From assembly GCF_006345805.1 (NCBI RefSeq), contig NC_042997.1, positions 103,912,001 to 103,976,000 on the forward strand: 64,000 bases of DNA, written 5' to 3'. The position numbers and the translations under genes are program-made. Shown here in pieces: positions 40,888 to 53,267 of the stretch (position 1 is the first letter of the stretch; every line of letters starts with the position of its first letter). This stretch comes from Octopus sinensis. Its lineage: Eukaryota. The notes below the pieces were generated by a model. The model searched no databases and had not been told where the DNA came from. It saw only the letters and a program-made list of their open reading frames with translations.

Positions 40888-41545
40888 TAGTGATGGTGGT
40901 GGTGGTGGTGGTGGTGGTGGTGGTGGTGGTAACGGTGATATTAATAGTAGTAATAGTAGTAGTAATAGTAGTAGTAGTACCACCACATCACCAATGGTGG
41001 TGGCAATACTGATGGCAGCACTAGTGGTACTGGTGTAGGAGTAGAAGTTTCAGATGTGACGAAGAAATGGATTAGGATGACATAAATGTTAAACATTCTT
41101 AACTATGATAGTGATAATGATGATGAAGAAAAAGAAGAAGAAAAAGAACAAGATGAGAAGGATGGGGATGATGATGATGATGAGGATGATGATAAGTAGG
41201 AGGAAGGGAAGGAGGAGGGGGAATATGGAGAGAATAAAGAAAACGAACGAGGCAGTAAATGAAAACGAAGAATGAAATAAAGAAGAAAGAAAATGAGAAA
41301 AGTAGAAAAAAGGTAAAGAATAAGAAGAAAGAAAGAAGAAATAGAAACAGGAAGAACATCAATGTCAAAATCAACAACAGCAACAACAATGGCAACAACA
41401 AAAGCAGCAGCAACAGCAACAATAGCATCAGCAGGAATTGTAGCAGCAGTAGCAGCAGCAGCAGTGACAGCAGTAAAACTTTGAACTACATCTTCCACTA
41501 CAAGGGTGCTATCAATCTCTGACAATAACAGCAATAACAACAACG
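40800..41545. repeat. Compound trinucleotide low-complexity block (AGC, AGT, GGT, GAT, AAG, AAC)
   Basis: Read directly. Confidence 0.9.
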
Positions 41546-44407
41546 TGAAAATATAAAGTCATTAGCATCTTGCGCATCAAAACCTGTGTATGTGTTGTTT
41601 TATGTTGGTTGGGACACTATTCTTTCTGTGTAGTACAGATAGAAATGAAAAGAAAAATAGCAACAGAACAACTGAATCTGTAGTCTCATCAGTCATTCTA
41701 CTTCAACCAAGAGAGGCACATTTTCATCAAATCACATCCTAACGTATTAAAAAAAAAGTACTTGTAAATTCATTACGTTTGGAGTATTTTGATCGGAGCC
41801 GATTTATTGGGATCTGTAGTTAAATGAGCATAACCAGGATTGATTTCAACCGAGAGGGTTCCCACTAGCGCTCTAATTTGCATTACTCTGTGCTTGTTTA
41901 TTCAATATATAGATAAATGTAAGAAAAAATAAGCGCACTCTGTCAGCCTCTTATGTTTGCTTCGCTTCTGCAACCACGTACAAGAATGATTATGATAGAA
42001 TCCAATATGTTCAAAAGTTCTGATTGCAACATATGTGACAGATTTACTGTATAAGATTGTGTACTATATGGTTTTCTTGAAGGCGGAGGCATGATATATT
42101 TGAAACAATGGAGATATTTATTTCATCTAATCAATCCTTCTTCTAGCTATCAAGTTAACGAATAAGACTCTTCTACAGAATCGTTCGACTTGCAATAAAT
42201 TGCTACGATTATTTCCTCAAATACTATCCTTGCATAAGTCTGCTTGGTCAGTGCTGACTTGATGGTAAACAGCAACAACCACAGTCTGTTCTGTTAGGGG
42301 TTAGGTACGAGCGAAAAATTTACACACAAACAACAAAGACACTAACTTCGTGCATAGATGTAAAGTCAGAAATATAGGAGATATTCGATTAAACTGATAC
42401 CTTATCTTGATTGCTACTTTATTTCATCAAGCCCAGTATAATGAAAAGCGAAGTTGACTTCAGTGAATTTTTTTTCTCCGATGTAAGCGCGTTCTAAAAT
42501 TTTAAGTAATAATCTTTTTGACGTCACTAACTTGCTGTATCCAGCTCGAGTAATAGGTCCAAATCTATTAGCTGTTGAATAATAATGCCATCTCTTATTC
42601 TGAATGGAGTATTTGGAAATAAAATCCCATGTCATTTTTATTGTAAAATCAAGATGTGGGAATATATACTTGTCCTTCTCAGGCTTTCAGAGATGAAAGA
42701 AAATCATGCGGGTACTTTGCAACTTGAAACATTTGAGGATAGGAATCTGTTAGAAGCAGGTGAGAGAAAAATATCATAGCATGAAACTTGAGAATTCATC
42801 TCTTGCCTCAACATGTGATTTTATTCATTTTTACTGATTTGTACTTTCTATATATTGGTTTTAAAGCAGAATCAGCTTTATATTTACAAATTTCAGAAAA
42901 AGTTATGTAGTAAGATTCATTTCCTCAACTTCCATTTCGTTGTGTCATTGGGTGGGAAATGGAAAAAGGGAAATGGATAAAATGGTGAAAGAAAATATCC
43001 TAATAGAAAAGAAATGCTTTGTTTTTACATAAATGTTAAACATGAGAACAGATAATAATGTGGGACGCACTCCAAGAACAAAGAGGAAAATATATACACC
43101 GAGAGACGTAAGGTGAACTTTTTAAAAACAATAGGAAGGGTGAAAGAGGATTTCTTTTCAATTCATCTTTTCAAATATTCAACTAGTTTTAAAAATAATA
43201 AATAAAAACATTGGGGTTTGGGAGGGCGAGGCGGGAAGAGAGAAGAGAGTATAGAGAGAAAAACGCATACAAATTGGAAAGATGAAGATAAATGAGATGA
43301 CAGGAGAGGTGAATAGAAAGAAAAATATAGAATTACATTAGAAGAAAAGAACGGGGAAGCAAGCATTTTAACTAAAACATTTGGTGTTGAAATAGTTTCA
43401 TTTTTTAATGATGATCACAATAAACATTGTTATGTAACATTTCTTTACTTTTATTTATTTTAAAGCACATTGTTTTATGACTTTAAATAAAGTCGAGGAT
43501 AAACAGAGAATGTAATAGTAGATAAATTCGGATCGGTCTCGAAAATTTGCCATGCTGAGTTTTTATTCAGACTAAATAAAAGTAAGAATAAAGTAGATAA
43601 ATAATTCATTAGAAAAGAAACTTCTGGGCTCCAGTAAAAATTAATTGTTTTATTGACTTGATTACACACACATAATAAAAAATAATAATAATCTATGCAA
43701 TATAACGCGGCGTTACGTTAAATAACATTTCGAAAATTTAACAGTAATACAAAAAACAGAAAATTCACATCCAAGATGTAACTAATTCCTCATCAGTCAT
43801 CATCCAAATGGTCATAATAATTTCGCGCCTTCAACAATGATATTGTTCACATTTGGTGGCGCCAGCGGCGGGAAGCGACTGGAAATAGCTAACGAACATA
43901 CAGGCCGAAAACAAACACAACAAAATGTGGATATGTGAAGAAAATAAAATAAATATACATATACAAAGAAAAAAGGCCGTGCGGTTCTGAGACAACAAAT
44001 ATGGAGTAACGGAAAGGAAAATGTCTTGTAGGCCTGGAAACAGAAAAGAGACAGATGGAAAGTCGGAACGATAGATGAAGAAAGTAAACCGTGTAAAAAG
44101 AGTGGAGCAGCAGAGAGAAGCGTGATTGATCGAGTCAATGGTGAGGTGAAAATGAAATGGACGAAAGAGATGTGAATGATCACGGGTTACATGGTAGTGG
44201 GAAAAGAGAGAAAAGGTGGTGATGAGCAGATGGAAAGAAGCAGCATCGAGGAAAGTGACAGAGAAGTAAAGAGGGAGGAAAAGAGAGGAGGAGGAAGACA
44301 AAGGAGAGACAAAGAAAGAGCAGAGACAGAAAAAATATTCTCCTGAATGAATAAAAAATAAGTGCGTGGCATTGCATTAAATAATGTTCCAAATACATTA
44401 TACATAC

Positions 44408-44468
<61 letters not shown>

Positions 44469-45330
44469 TAATATATATACTACTAAAACTCTCTGATTAC
44501 TTGCTTGTCTGTCAAAACAGCCAAACTGGTGCATAATGGGAAAATACTATGAATCAAAGTACCCTTGAAATGTGAATACAAATGGAATAAAACAAGTTTC
44601 TCATCAATCGGCTGAAATATAGGTTTTTTTTTATGGTGGGGTATTCATAAATACCCCAAACGGTGCATAATATGAAAATAGACCGAAAATAACATAACTC
44701 TGAAAGGGAAGAAACTCTAACCCTTCGATTAGAGATATGATCAATAACTTTTGTATTTTGAAGGCAAACTTCACAACCTGGTATTAGTGACTATAACTTG
44801 CCAACGAAAAAATACGAGTTGTTTTACAATAAATGTTTCTATTTTCGCTTTTGTTAGACACAATATTTTAATAATTTAGAAATATTTTTAAGTGAATGTG
44901 ATTTTAAAAATACAAGTTGTTTGTACAGTAAGCATTTATGTTTTAGCTTTCTTTAAACAGAAATATATTAATTTTTTAAAAAATATTTTCAAAGGTAATT
45001 ATTTCGTAAAGGATCCGTTGGTACATCGGTGTAAAATAATTTTCTTCCACAAGTTTTTTCGAGTGCATTCCACGTATCTCACCTTCAAACCCACCGAAAG
45101 CCACATTTTCCGGAATAGAAAGGAATGGAAGGATGGTGGGGACCTGGGAGTGCAAACCACTTTCTTCCGGAAAAGAAAGGGGTGGAAGGGTGGTGGGAAA
45201 CCCCGAATTTCCCACTAACAGAGTTTTGATTCGCAGGGTTTTCTTTTCTTTACCAGGTTATTTCGCATGCTTTCAACGAATGTGAAATTGAAATCACGCG
45301 TAAACGGCTTTCCTTTGGATAACCACCAGT

Positions 45331-45526
45331 GTTATCCAAAGGAAAGGCAAGGGCTGATATGGCTTCGCACATGTGACGTCGTACTCATTGCTACAGCTGA
45401 GTGAACTGGAGCAACGTGAAACAGTGTCTTACTCAAGAACACAACACGCAGCCCGGTCCGGGATTCGAACTCACAACCTCACGATCGTAAGCTCTACGCT
45501 CTAACCACTGAGCCATGCGCCTTCAC
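45331..45526 (-). mobile_element. Family D SINE
   Basis: Minus strand GTGAAGGCGCATGGCTCAGTGGTTAGAGCG (A box) and GAGTTCGAATCCC (B box). Confidence 0.85.
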
Positions 45527-45919
45527 ATCACCGCGGATATTGTTCTAGTTTCTCTCGAAAGTCGACATAACACAGGGAGAAAACAGAAAAGGAAGAGAAA
45601 GAAAAGAAAAAGTAAAAAGGGAGGGAATGGAAATAACGACGTGCACAGAAACCTCCAACCCAATCTAACATGATCAAGTTAACAGTGGCCAAAATACATT
45701 GTAAGGCAATATTGCATTCTGTTGAAACAAAATAATGTGTTTCTGCATAACATATATAATTCGCTAGTTTGAAATATAAAAATATTAAGTGGTTGCAGGA
45801 TATAGGTAGCATTGAGGAGTAATCAGTAACAGTAAGAGAAAGAGGTGGGTACGATGAAATGAATAGCGATAAACGGGAAGAGATGGAGAGAGAGTGAGTG
45901 AGAGAGAGAGAGAGACTGG

Positions 45920-45954
<35 letters not shown>

Positions 45955-47949
45955 CTGACACATGAAGAACTGCCGGGAAGAAAAAGAAAGTGGGACGATA
46001 AGAAATGGAAAAGGAAACAGACAATATTTTTCAGCTTTTTGTATATGGTTTGCGTGATTCTAGATTATTGGCATAATAACCTCCCCAAGACACAACCAGA
46101 TACTGGCAGTACGACAGAGACAAAAGGGTCTAGACAGCGTGATACTCACTTCAATTATCCGTTCCATAGAAGAGTGTATGCTCGAATCGTCAAAAACTTT
46201 GAATTTTCTGGAGCGTAAAAACCTAATACACTCTGTTTTACCACGTCTTAGCATTTTGTTTCTATTTTTGTACCATACATACATACATACATACATACAT
46301 ACACCCATACATACATACATATATATATATAATGTGCATGTGTGTGTATATATATGTATACACTTATATATATTATATATAGATAGATATATTTATACGT
46401 AAATACATACATACACACACACAAACACACATATACATTTATATATATTTGATTGCACGGCTCCTGATGTGAAATCGTGTGTTAAAATAGATATTGTTAT
46501 ATTTCGGGATGGTCATATTTTTTCTTTTGCTTTTGCCAAATAACCACGCACACTATATACTTGCTATTCATTTCAACGTTATTATTATTCCTGTTTGTCT
46601 GAAATCGTTCGTCGCATCCTGTGACCTCTTCAGCGACTCTCCATCCCGCGTGTCTCCTCCTGTCCTGTTCAGTCCGTTCTGTGTATCCTTAACTGCCAAG
46701 CAGATAAGGATACACATCAGTTCAAACAGAAAGATTTCAACGGAAGGCGCATGAACTGATGATGACAGTTTATAAGATGATGAAGGTGATACCATTACGA
46801 TGTGCGGTGATGGACTGATACGGTTTAAAAGGAAATAGATGATGTGAGCTGAGGGTTGGGTCTGAGATTAAATGTTTGGGGATGAAGTGGTAATTTCTTG
46901 AATAGGACATGGGTTATTTTCTCCTTGATTGATTCGCGCTTAACTGGATTACTCGAAACGAATACAATTTTATACACATTTCTGCTTTTCATTTGGTTTG
47001 ATATGCACAAGTCTGAGAAGAAACCAGCTTCGATAAATATGTTGACAAATTTTCGTATGTTGGACGTATTTCTCTTTCTCTTGTCACTCAACACCAGCAC
47101 AGTTTCCTACTCTGTGTCACCAACCGCTCGTCTCTTCTTGCAGTCTTCCTTATCACGACTCGCTTCTACGCCTTTCTATCTCTCTCTGCTTCTATTGAGT
47201 TATCAATACACCCGTCCCTACCTTTTTAGCAATTATTTATCATTTCTCCTATTATTTTTCTCCATACCTTTTTATATGTACACAAACACATACATATATG
47301 TGCCTCGCTATCTTATTATTTTTCTATTTTACTTTGTATTTTACATTGTATCCCATTCGTTCTCATAAGTCATCTCTCTTCTCTTGCCTTTTATCACTCT
47401 GCGCCTCCTTCGTCACTTTAACAATCTCTCTGATTTTTTTTCTCTCTGTCCCTGTCTTTTCTATAGAGCTATCTTTTTCATTATGTTGACTTTCACCGTC
47501 TTTTACTGCTGCACTTTGTAAACAAAATCACACTCTCATTTTAGCGCACTCTTACCATCCTCTCGCCTTTATTTAAATCCCACCTCCACAACGCTAGTCC
47601 TATCTTTGTCTCCATCTCACTGCATCTGCTCTAATGAGATAATAGCTCTCATCTTTCCAGCGATAAAGGCAGAGGAAGGACCTCATCATTTATGATAAAT
47701 TTACTGATATACTCTAATCTTGCTTTACTTTTGCTAAATATCATAGACACATAATTATTGTTTCATGCACTGCTAAATTTTTAGTGGGAGTGGTGGAAGA
47801 ATTGGCTTACATTGGCTTACATAGTAATATGCTGTTATTTTAGTGTAAACCAAATCAGATCCGCTGGAGTATCGCGTAGGTTAACGTTGAAATTACTGCA
47901 TACTACCCGCGAATACCTTGAGTTCGTCTAGTGGAGAAAAATATTGCTC

Positions 47950-48640
47950 ACTCCAAGTTGCTGAGCTGCTTTATGCGAACTCCTGTATGTCTACTGCTCT
48001 GTTTCTTACTGTTTATATATTAATTGGATTTAGAAGTGACCATATTAGAGACATTCTAGGTAACCTCGTCACCAAACCACAGTATTTTTCTAGGTTACAC
48101 TTGCCTTCGTCTTACTGTAAGGTGTGACCTTACAACAGCATGGGATATCCAGTCCGAACTCCTTCGCGGAAGCAGCTAATTTTCCGCTTAGTAAGAACTG
48201 CGCTCTACGGTGAAAATAATCAGTTAATTTCCTCTACTCTTCCTACATACCGACAAAAATTCTAAACTTGTGATTCATACAGTCTTCTTTCACCCACACA
48301 CACTCTCACACCCATACACACTCTCCACATAGTCACACATAATCACTCATGCATCCAATGACCTTCACGTGTGATTGGTATTAGTCCTCCTAGTCAAAGC
48401 AATATCCTCTGCCTGAAAACACTAGCGTTTTCCGTTTCACCGGCTTCCGTTCCGCTATTATTCACGATTTCTCTTTGATGTTTCTATAGAAATGCACTTA
48501 CGTATGTTATAACACACATTGTGAACACATCTCCTCCTATTTGTCTCGAGTAAGGTGACATTGCCCGAAACATCGGCATGTCTTCTTTTCCAGTACGGAA
48601 TAATACACTGAATAGTGCTGTCGTTAATACTTCTATTTCG
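47950..48640 (+). mobile_element. Decayed PLE 3' end (GIY-YIG C-terminal relic plus pLTR)
   Basis: SDHIRDI and RKQLIFRLVRTALYGENN resemble the RF.EH...I and RE..WI..L.T..P.GLN motifs; degenerate HHR TGTC-TCGAGTAA-GG..GCCC-GAAA-CATC-GGCA at 48542-48578. Confidence 0.45.
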
Positions 48641-49294
48641 TTTTCTCTTATTTTCCTTTTTTAACCATTCTCATAAATTGGTTTCTAGATACATTACCGC
48701 ACAAATAGACCAAATACATTCTGTACTGATTTCTTATATTTCTTCAATCATAGCAAGGTTACGAGTTTTCGAAATTCTTCATTTATATAGTTGGTATGTA
48801 ACCCAACTGAGTATTTTTAGGTGAAATGGTTATTTATACTGTTGCTACTAGATACTACTTGTATGTATTTGTGCTCTCTGCATTTATCTGCACTAAGCAG
48901 GGATTAATAGTATATTGCTGATGGTGTAACAGTCTTCTTCTGGAGAGTTATCAGAATCATTTGGGTATTTGGTAGTGGTTGAAAATCAAGTGATGCTATA
49001 TGTCACCACTTTGGAAATCGAAACCTGATACTAAACACGGCCTGTCGAGTGGTTGCCTGTGGTATAAAAAATTCATTTATGATATAGACTTATAAAAGTA
49101 AGTCAATGGGGGGTGGTGCAAATACCAACGTGTTTGTTCCGATTTGTTACGGTAATATATTATACGTTATTAAATTTTATTTTAATTTTCGCTTGTGCTG
49201 TCGACTTTAATTTACATTTTCTTTAAAATGTGTCATTTATGTAGCTAAAATAGGTCTTCATAATATGTAAGTATTATATTATAGAATATATATA

Positions 49295-50117
49295 AATTAA
49301 TCAATATAGGGAGGCAAAAAAATTTTGTAGAATTCTTTTGCCCCAGCGGCCTAGTGGGAAAAAATTAAATAGTCATAAACCATTTTTAAGTTCAATATCA
49401 CAATCAAGGAACGGCATAATAGGCCATTCACCCACTAGAAATACAGCCAAAAAGCTTCAACGCAAAATAACATTAATTCCGTAAATCAGGAGAAAATTAA
49501 AAAACATTTACCCCCATTTCAGGGTAAAGTTTTTTATTTTCTCCTGATTACGGAATTAATGTTATTTTGCGGTTGAAGCTTTTTGGCTGTTATTTCTAGT
49601 GGGTGAATGCCTATTATGGCCGTTCCTGATTGTGATATTGAACTTAAAAATGGTTTATGACTATTTAATTTTTTCCCACTAGGCCGCTGGGGGCAAAAGA
49701 ATTCTACAAAATTTTTTGCCTCCCTATATTGATTAATTATGAATTTCTGGTTGGTTCCGTAATGGAATCGGCGGCTTATATTTATTTGCTGCCGATAAAT
49801 TGGCGCGAGTGCGACGATTTGAAAATTTTAGGTCAGATATGGCGAGGCATGGACGAGAATGCCTCGTGAAAAAATCTGTTCCGATTTGGCTATTCCTTAC
49901 TGATGAATCTAAGGGCCTATGGTAGATGGCTTGATTTAATTTAATCAGGGTAATTTACCATTAAACAGTAGAAGAAACGGTTGCATCGTCTCAAGGAATT
50001 TCAGGGTAAATGTTTTTTAATTTTCTCCTGATTTACGGAATTAATGTTATTTTGCGGTTGAAGCTTTTTGGCTGTTATTTCTAGTGGTGAATGGCCTATT
50101 ATGGCCGTTTCTTGATT

Positions 50118-50124
<7 letters not shown>
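49295..50124 (+). mobile_element. Non-coding HHR-bearing element: inverted arm, 482-bp unit and partial tandem repeat (retrozyme/PLE pLTR-like)
   Basis: 49295-49513 is the reverse complement of 49522-49738; 49516-~49638 is repeated directly at 49998-50124; ends in (TA)n. Confidence 0.88.
49892..49999 (+). ncRNA. Type I hammerhead ribozyme with long stem II
   Basis: Stem I ATTCCTTA / T(C)AAGGAAT; CTGATGA 49900-06; stem II TCTA/TAGA, ATGGTAGAT/ATTTACCAT, CTTGATT/AATCAGG; GAAA 49974-77; stem III CGGT-TGC-ATCG; GUC 49988-90. Confidence 0.75.
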
Positions 50125-50163
<39 letters not shown>

Positions 50164-50202
50164 ATATATGTATGCATGTATGAATGTATGTATGTATACA
50201 CA

Positions 50203-50287
<85 letters not shown>

Positions 50288-50445
50288 GACGTAGATACAT
50301 ACATATGAGACCCTAATGTAGGTAGGGTTTCATGTATTTATATATATGAATTTTCGAAGTGTTGGTTGGATATCTGTTACATGATGACGCTCGATTGCGT
50401 GCATATTCAGCCATAGTTTTTTCAAATTTTATAAAAATTGGAAAT

Positions 50446-50508
50446 ATTATACTGAGGAGAGAAGTAGGTAAAATTTAAATTACTTTAATCTTGAAACGCG
50501 TATATAAT
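50446..50508 (+). ncRNA. Minimal type I hammerhead ribozyme with canonical core
   Basis: ATTATA-CTGAGGA-GAGA..AGGTAA/TTACTT..TCTT-GAAA-CGCG-TA-TATAAT: perfect 6-bp stem I, palindromic ACGCGT stem III, GUA site. Confidence 0.8.
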
Positions 50509-50665
50509 TAATCCTGGTCGTGTCGATTCATTGTTTTTCTCTTTTGCCTTCGTAAAAAATCATGTTTACCGTCATGGAGATTCTTATAGTAGTAGGAAAG
50601 GAATTTTAACTCTTATTTCTAATTTCGGTATGTGGTGAAGCAGTTAGCTGAACACTAATTATAAT

Positions 50666-50697
<32 letters not shown>

Positions 50698-51305
50698 CGG
50701 TGGTTTATTGGGGTTGTGCGAGGGCGTGCACGCACATGTATGTGCATGTGGCTGCACCCCGGCGTATCCATTTATACTTACTATATTAGGTTTATCTTTA
50801 TGCCCTCCTTAATTGTATTCCATTTTATTTATCGATTTATCTATACATGGATATGTGTATGTATGTATGTATATATATATATATATAATATATATATATA
50901 TATAATATATATATATATGTGTGTGTTGTGTATGTATATATATATTCATATTATTTATTTAATTATTCATTTTGTTTATTTGGCACCTACTAATCTATAA
51001 TTAATTTAACTTATAATTAATAAACTTATTCTAAATTAATAGTAACCTCTGTAGGTGTGTGAAAATGTGTATGTGTAAGTATATATGTTTTTGTACATAT
51101 AGGTATGATCGTGGGTGGATGTACGGATGTATGTTTTTATTACACATATAAGCACGCAGGTGCGTGCTTGGATGTGTATATATGTATATGCGAATATTCA
51201 TTCATGGATAGATATAAATATGCACTCATATGTATATATATGTTGTATTGTGGGTACGCACCCACACCCATGTGGGTATATGTGTAGACTGTGTTATATT
51301 ACATA

Positions 51306-51432
51306 ATCTCCGAAGAGGCCTTGTGATATTTTTGTTAATGTCTCATTTATATCTATATATTGACCAACCATAAAGGGCTAATATTGGTAAAATGAGACAT
51401 AATTATCGACATGGCCGAAACAGCTCTAAGAT
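51306..51432 (+). ncRNA. Type I hammerhead-like motif with ~100-nt stem II (CCGAAGA core)
   Basis: ATCT-CCGAAGA-GGCC..ATGTCTCATTT/AAATGAGACAT..GGCC-GAAA-CAGCTC-TA-AGAT. Confidence 0.65.
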
Positions 51433-51813
51433 CTAATTTATACTTATATTTATATTTACATGTATTTATATTCTTTTTTATATATATTCTAATTATTATA
51501 CAACATTACTCTTTTATGTACACTTTTTTATGTACATTCCTTTATGTACACTGATTTGTTCTGCTTTTTATATTTAACCCTACAGTCTCTTATGTGGTGG
51601 TTTAATAAAGTATGTGATTGAGTATTATCTGGTAATTGATATTTGATTTAGATGTATTTCTCCATTTTCTTATCTTGTATATATATATATACATAGAAAA
51701 GAAAAGAAATAGAGCAATAATTAATAAGAAGTTGATCATTGGTATTAAAAAGTCATGTGTGTGTGTGTGTATGCGCGTGTCGGCGTGTGCATGTGTCTCA
51801 GTGTACACACACA

Positions 51814-51857
<44 letters not shown>

Positions 51858-51860
<3 letters not shown>

Positions 51861-52025
51861 ACAATGGCAGGTGGAGTACAAACAAACAATTAGTATGGCT
51901 CTCAGGAATAGAAATAAAACAAGTCTTTTACGTTTCGAGCCTACGCTCTCCGACAGAAAGATATACACAAAAGAAACAAGGAGAGAAAAAAAATACGTGC
52001 AGGAGCTAACGATTCAACATGGCGT
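51858..52025 (-). mobile_element. PLE pLTR fragment with degenerate minimal HHR (51924-51961)
   Basis: Minus strand TCTTT-CTGTCGG-A-GAGC-GTAG-GCTC-GAAA-CG-TA-AAAGA; flanked by (TA)n. Confidence 0.7.
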
Positions 52026-52095
52026 TATATATATATATATACAGACATAGATACATACATATGAAACCTTAATGTAGGTAGGGTTTCTATATACA

Positions 52096-52520
52096 TATAG
52101 AAAAGAAAAGAAATGGAGCAATAATTAACAATGAAAAGTTATCATTGGTATTAAAAGTCATTATTTAATTGTAGTTCGGAACCATTTACAGCTGTTTTTG
52201 TTTATCAAATCGGAGTAAATTTACATTTACCGCGTTACATTTAACAAACAGCTTCAGAATAATTTTGAAGGGAAATTAAAGGAAAAGAAAAATAATAATG
52301 GAAAAAAGTTCGTTCCTTCGGTAAAGTCTTTGCTGTTGTTGTGATGGGTCGTCTCTGCTTCGTTGTTTTTAGCGTAGAATAAGGTTTTCCATCGTAAACG
52401 GTGAGTGAAGTCTGTTAGTTTTGCAATCATTTCTTCAGGTGCAATCGGTATATCCTAATTAATAGCAGTGATCAACTTCTCATTGTTAATTATTGCTCTA
52501 TTCCTTTTCTTTTCTATATA
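52096..52520. mobile_element. PLE fragment with inverted ~57-bp tails and an ORF N-terminal relic
   Basis: 52096-52152 is inverted at 52461-52518, with a third copy at ~51695-51755; minus strand 52454-52371 encodes DIPIAPEEMIAKLTDFTHRLRWKTLFYA. Confidence 0.65.
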
Positions 52521-52667
52521 TATTAAACCGCGGTTTTACTTTTAAATTACCTGCTACTGTATACCTTATAGCTAGGACTATACATATTGAGGTAATACAC
52601 CAGGAGTGCCTACGGATACATCTATCCCTTAGAAGGTTGCTGAACCTCTTATATTTTGCTAAATCTT

Positions 52668-52720
<53 letters not shown>

Positions 52721-53267
52721 GTATATATATATATATATATGTATTTATTTATGCATGTGTGTATGTGTGTGTACGCGTGTGTACGTATACGAATATTTGT
52801 ATGTATAAATAGGTATATACTTGTGTACATACATATATGTAAACATATATATGAATGTGCGGTTGTAAGTGAATGCGCGCATATATATCTGTACTCATGT
52901 ATTTGTGTGCGTGTGTATGTGTGTGTGTGTGTGAGTGTGTATGTGTGTGTGTGTCTGTGTGCATGGGCGTGTGCATGTGTGTCATTGTATTGACTAAGTA
53001 AAAAATATTCCATGTTTTAGGGTTACGGAAAATTCAATTTCACGATGCATGGGCATACTTGAAATAAATAAATTGGTGTCAATACGGAACTAAAATCTGA
53101 TTGCTGGATGCCGACTAACAATTAGTCTATGAACAATTCACGGAAGCGTTATATAAATACACTGAAATGTTTAGTAATTTGTAGCTTAGGCTCAAAGCTA
53201 TACAGGGTTCATTGGTATTTATCTTATAGTCCCAAGCTGATGAAATGCATGACTTACTTCAGTAGAA

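Noticed and set aside
40642-41543. Ser/Gly/Ala/Lys-rich ORFs resembling a low-complexity transcription factor
   Set aside because: Compound trinucleotide repeats open in several frames, without splice or domain evidence
45101-45199. ~42-bp direct repeat with G-runs
   Set aside because: Only two diverged copies and too few G-tracts for a canonical G-quadruplex
45455-45526. tRNA gene
   Set aside because: The tRNA-like head continues into a SINE body; the same applies to the heads of families A-C
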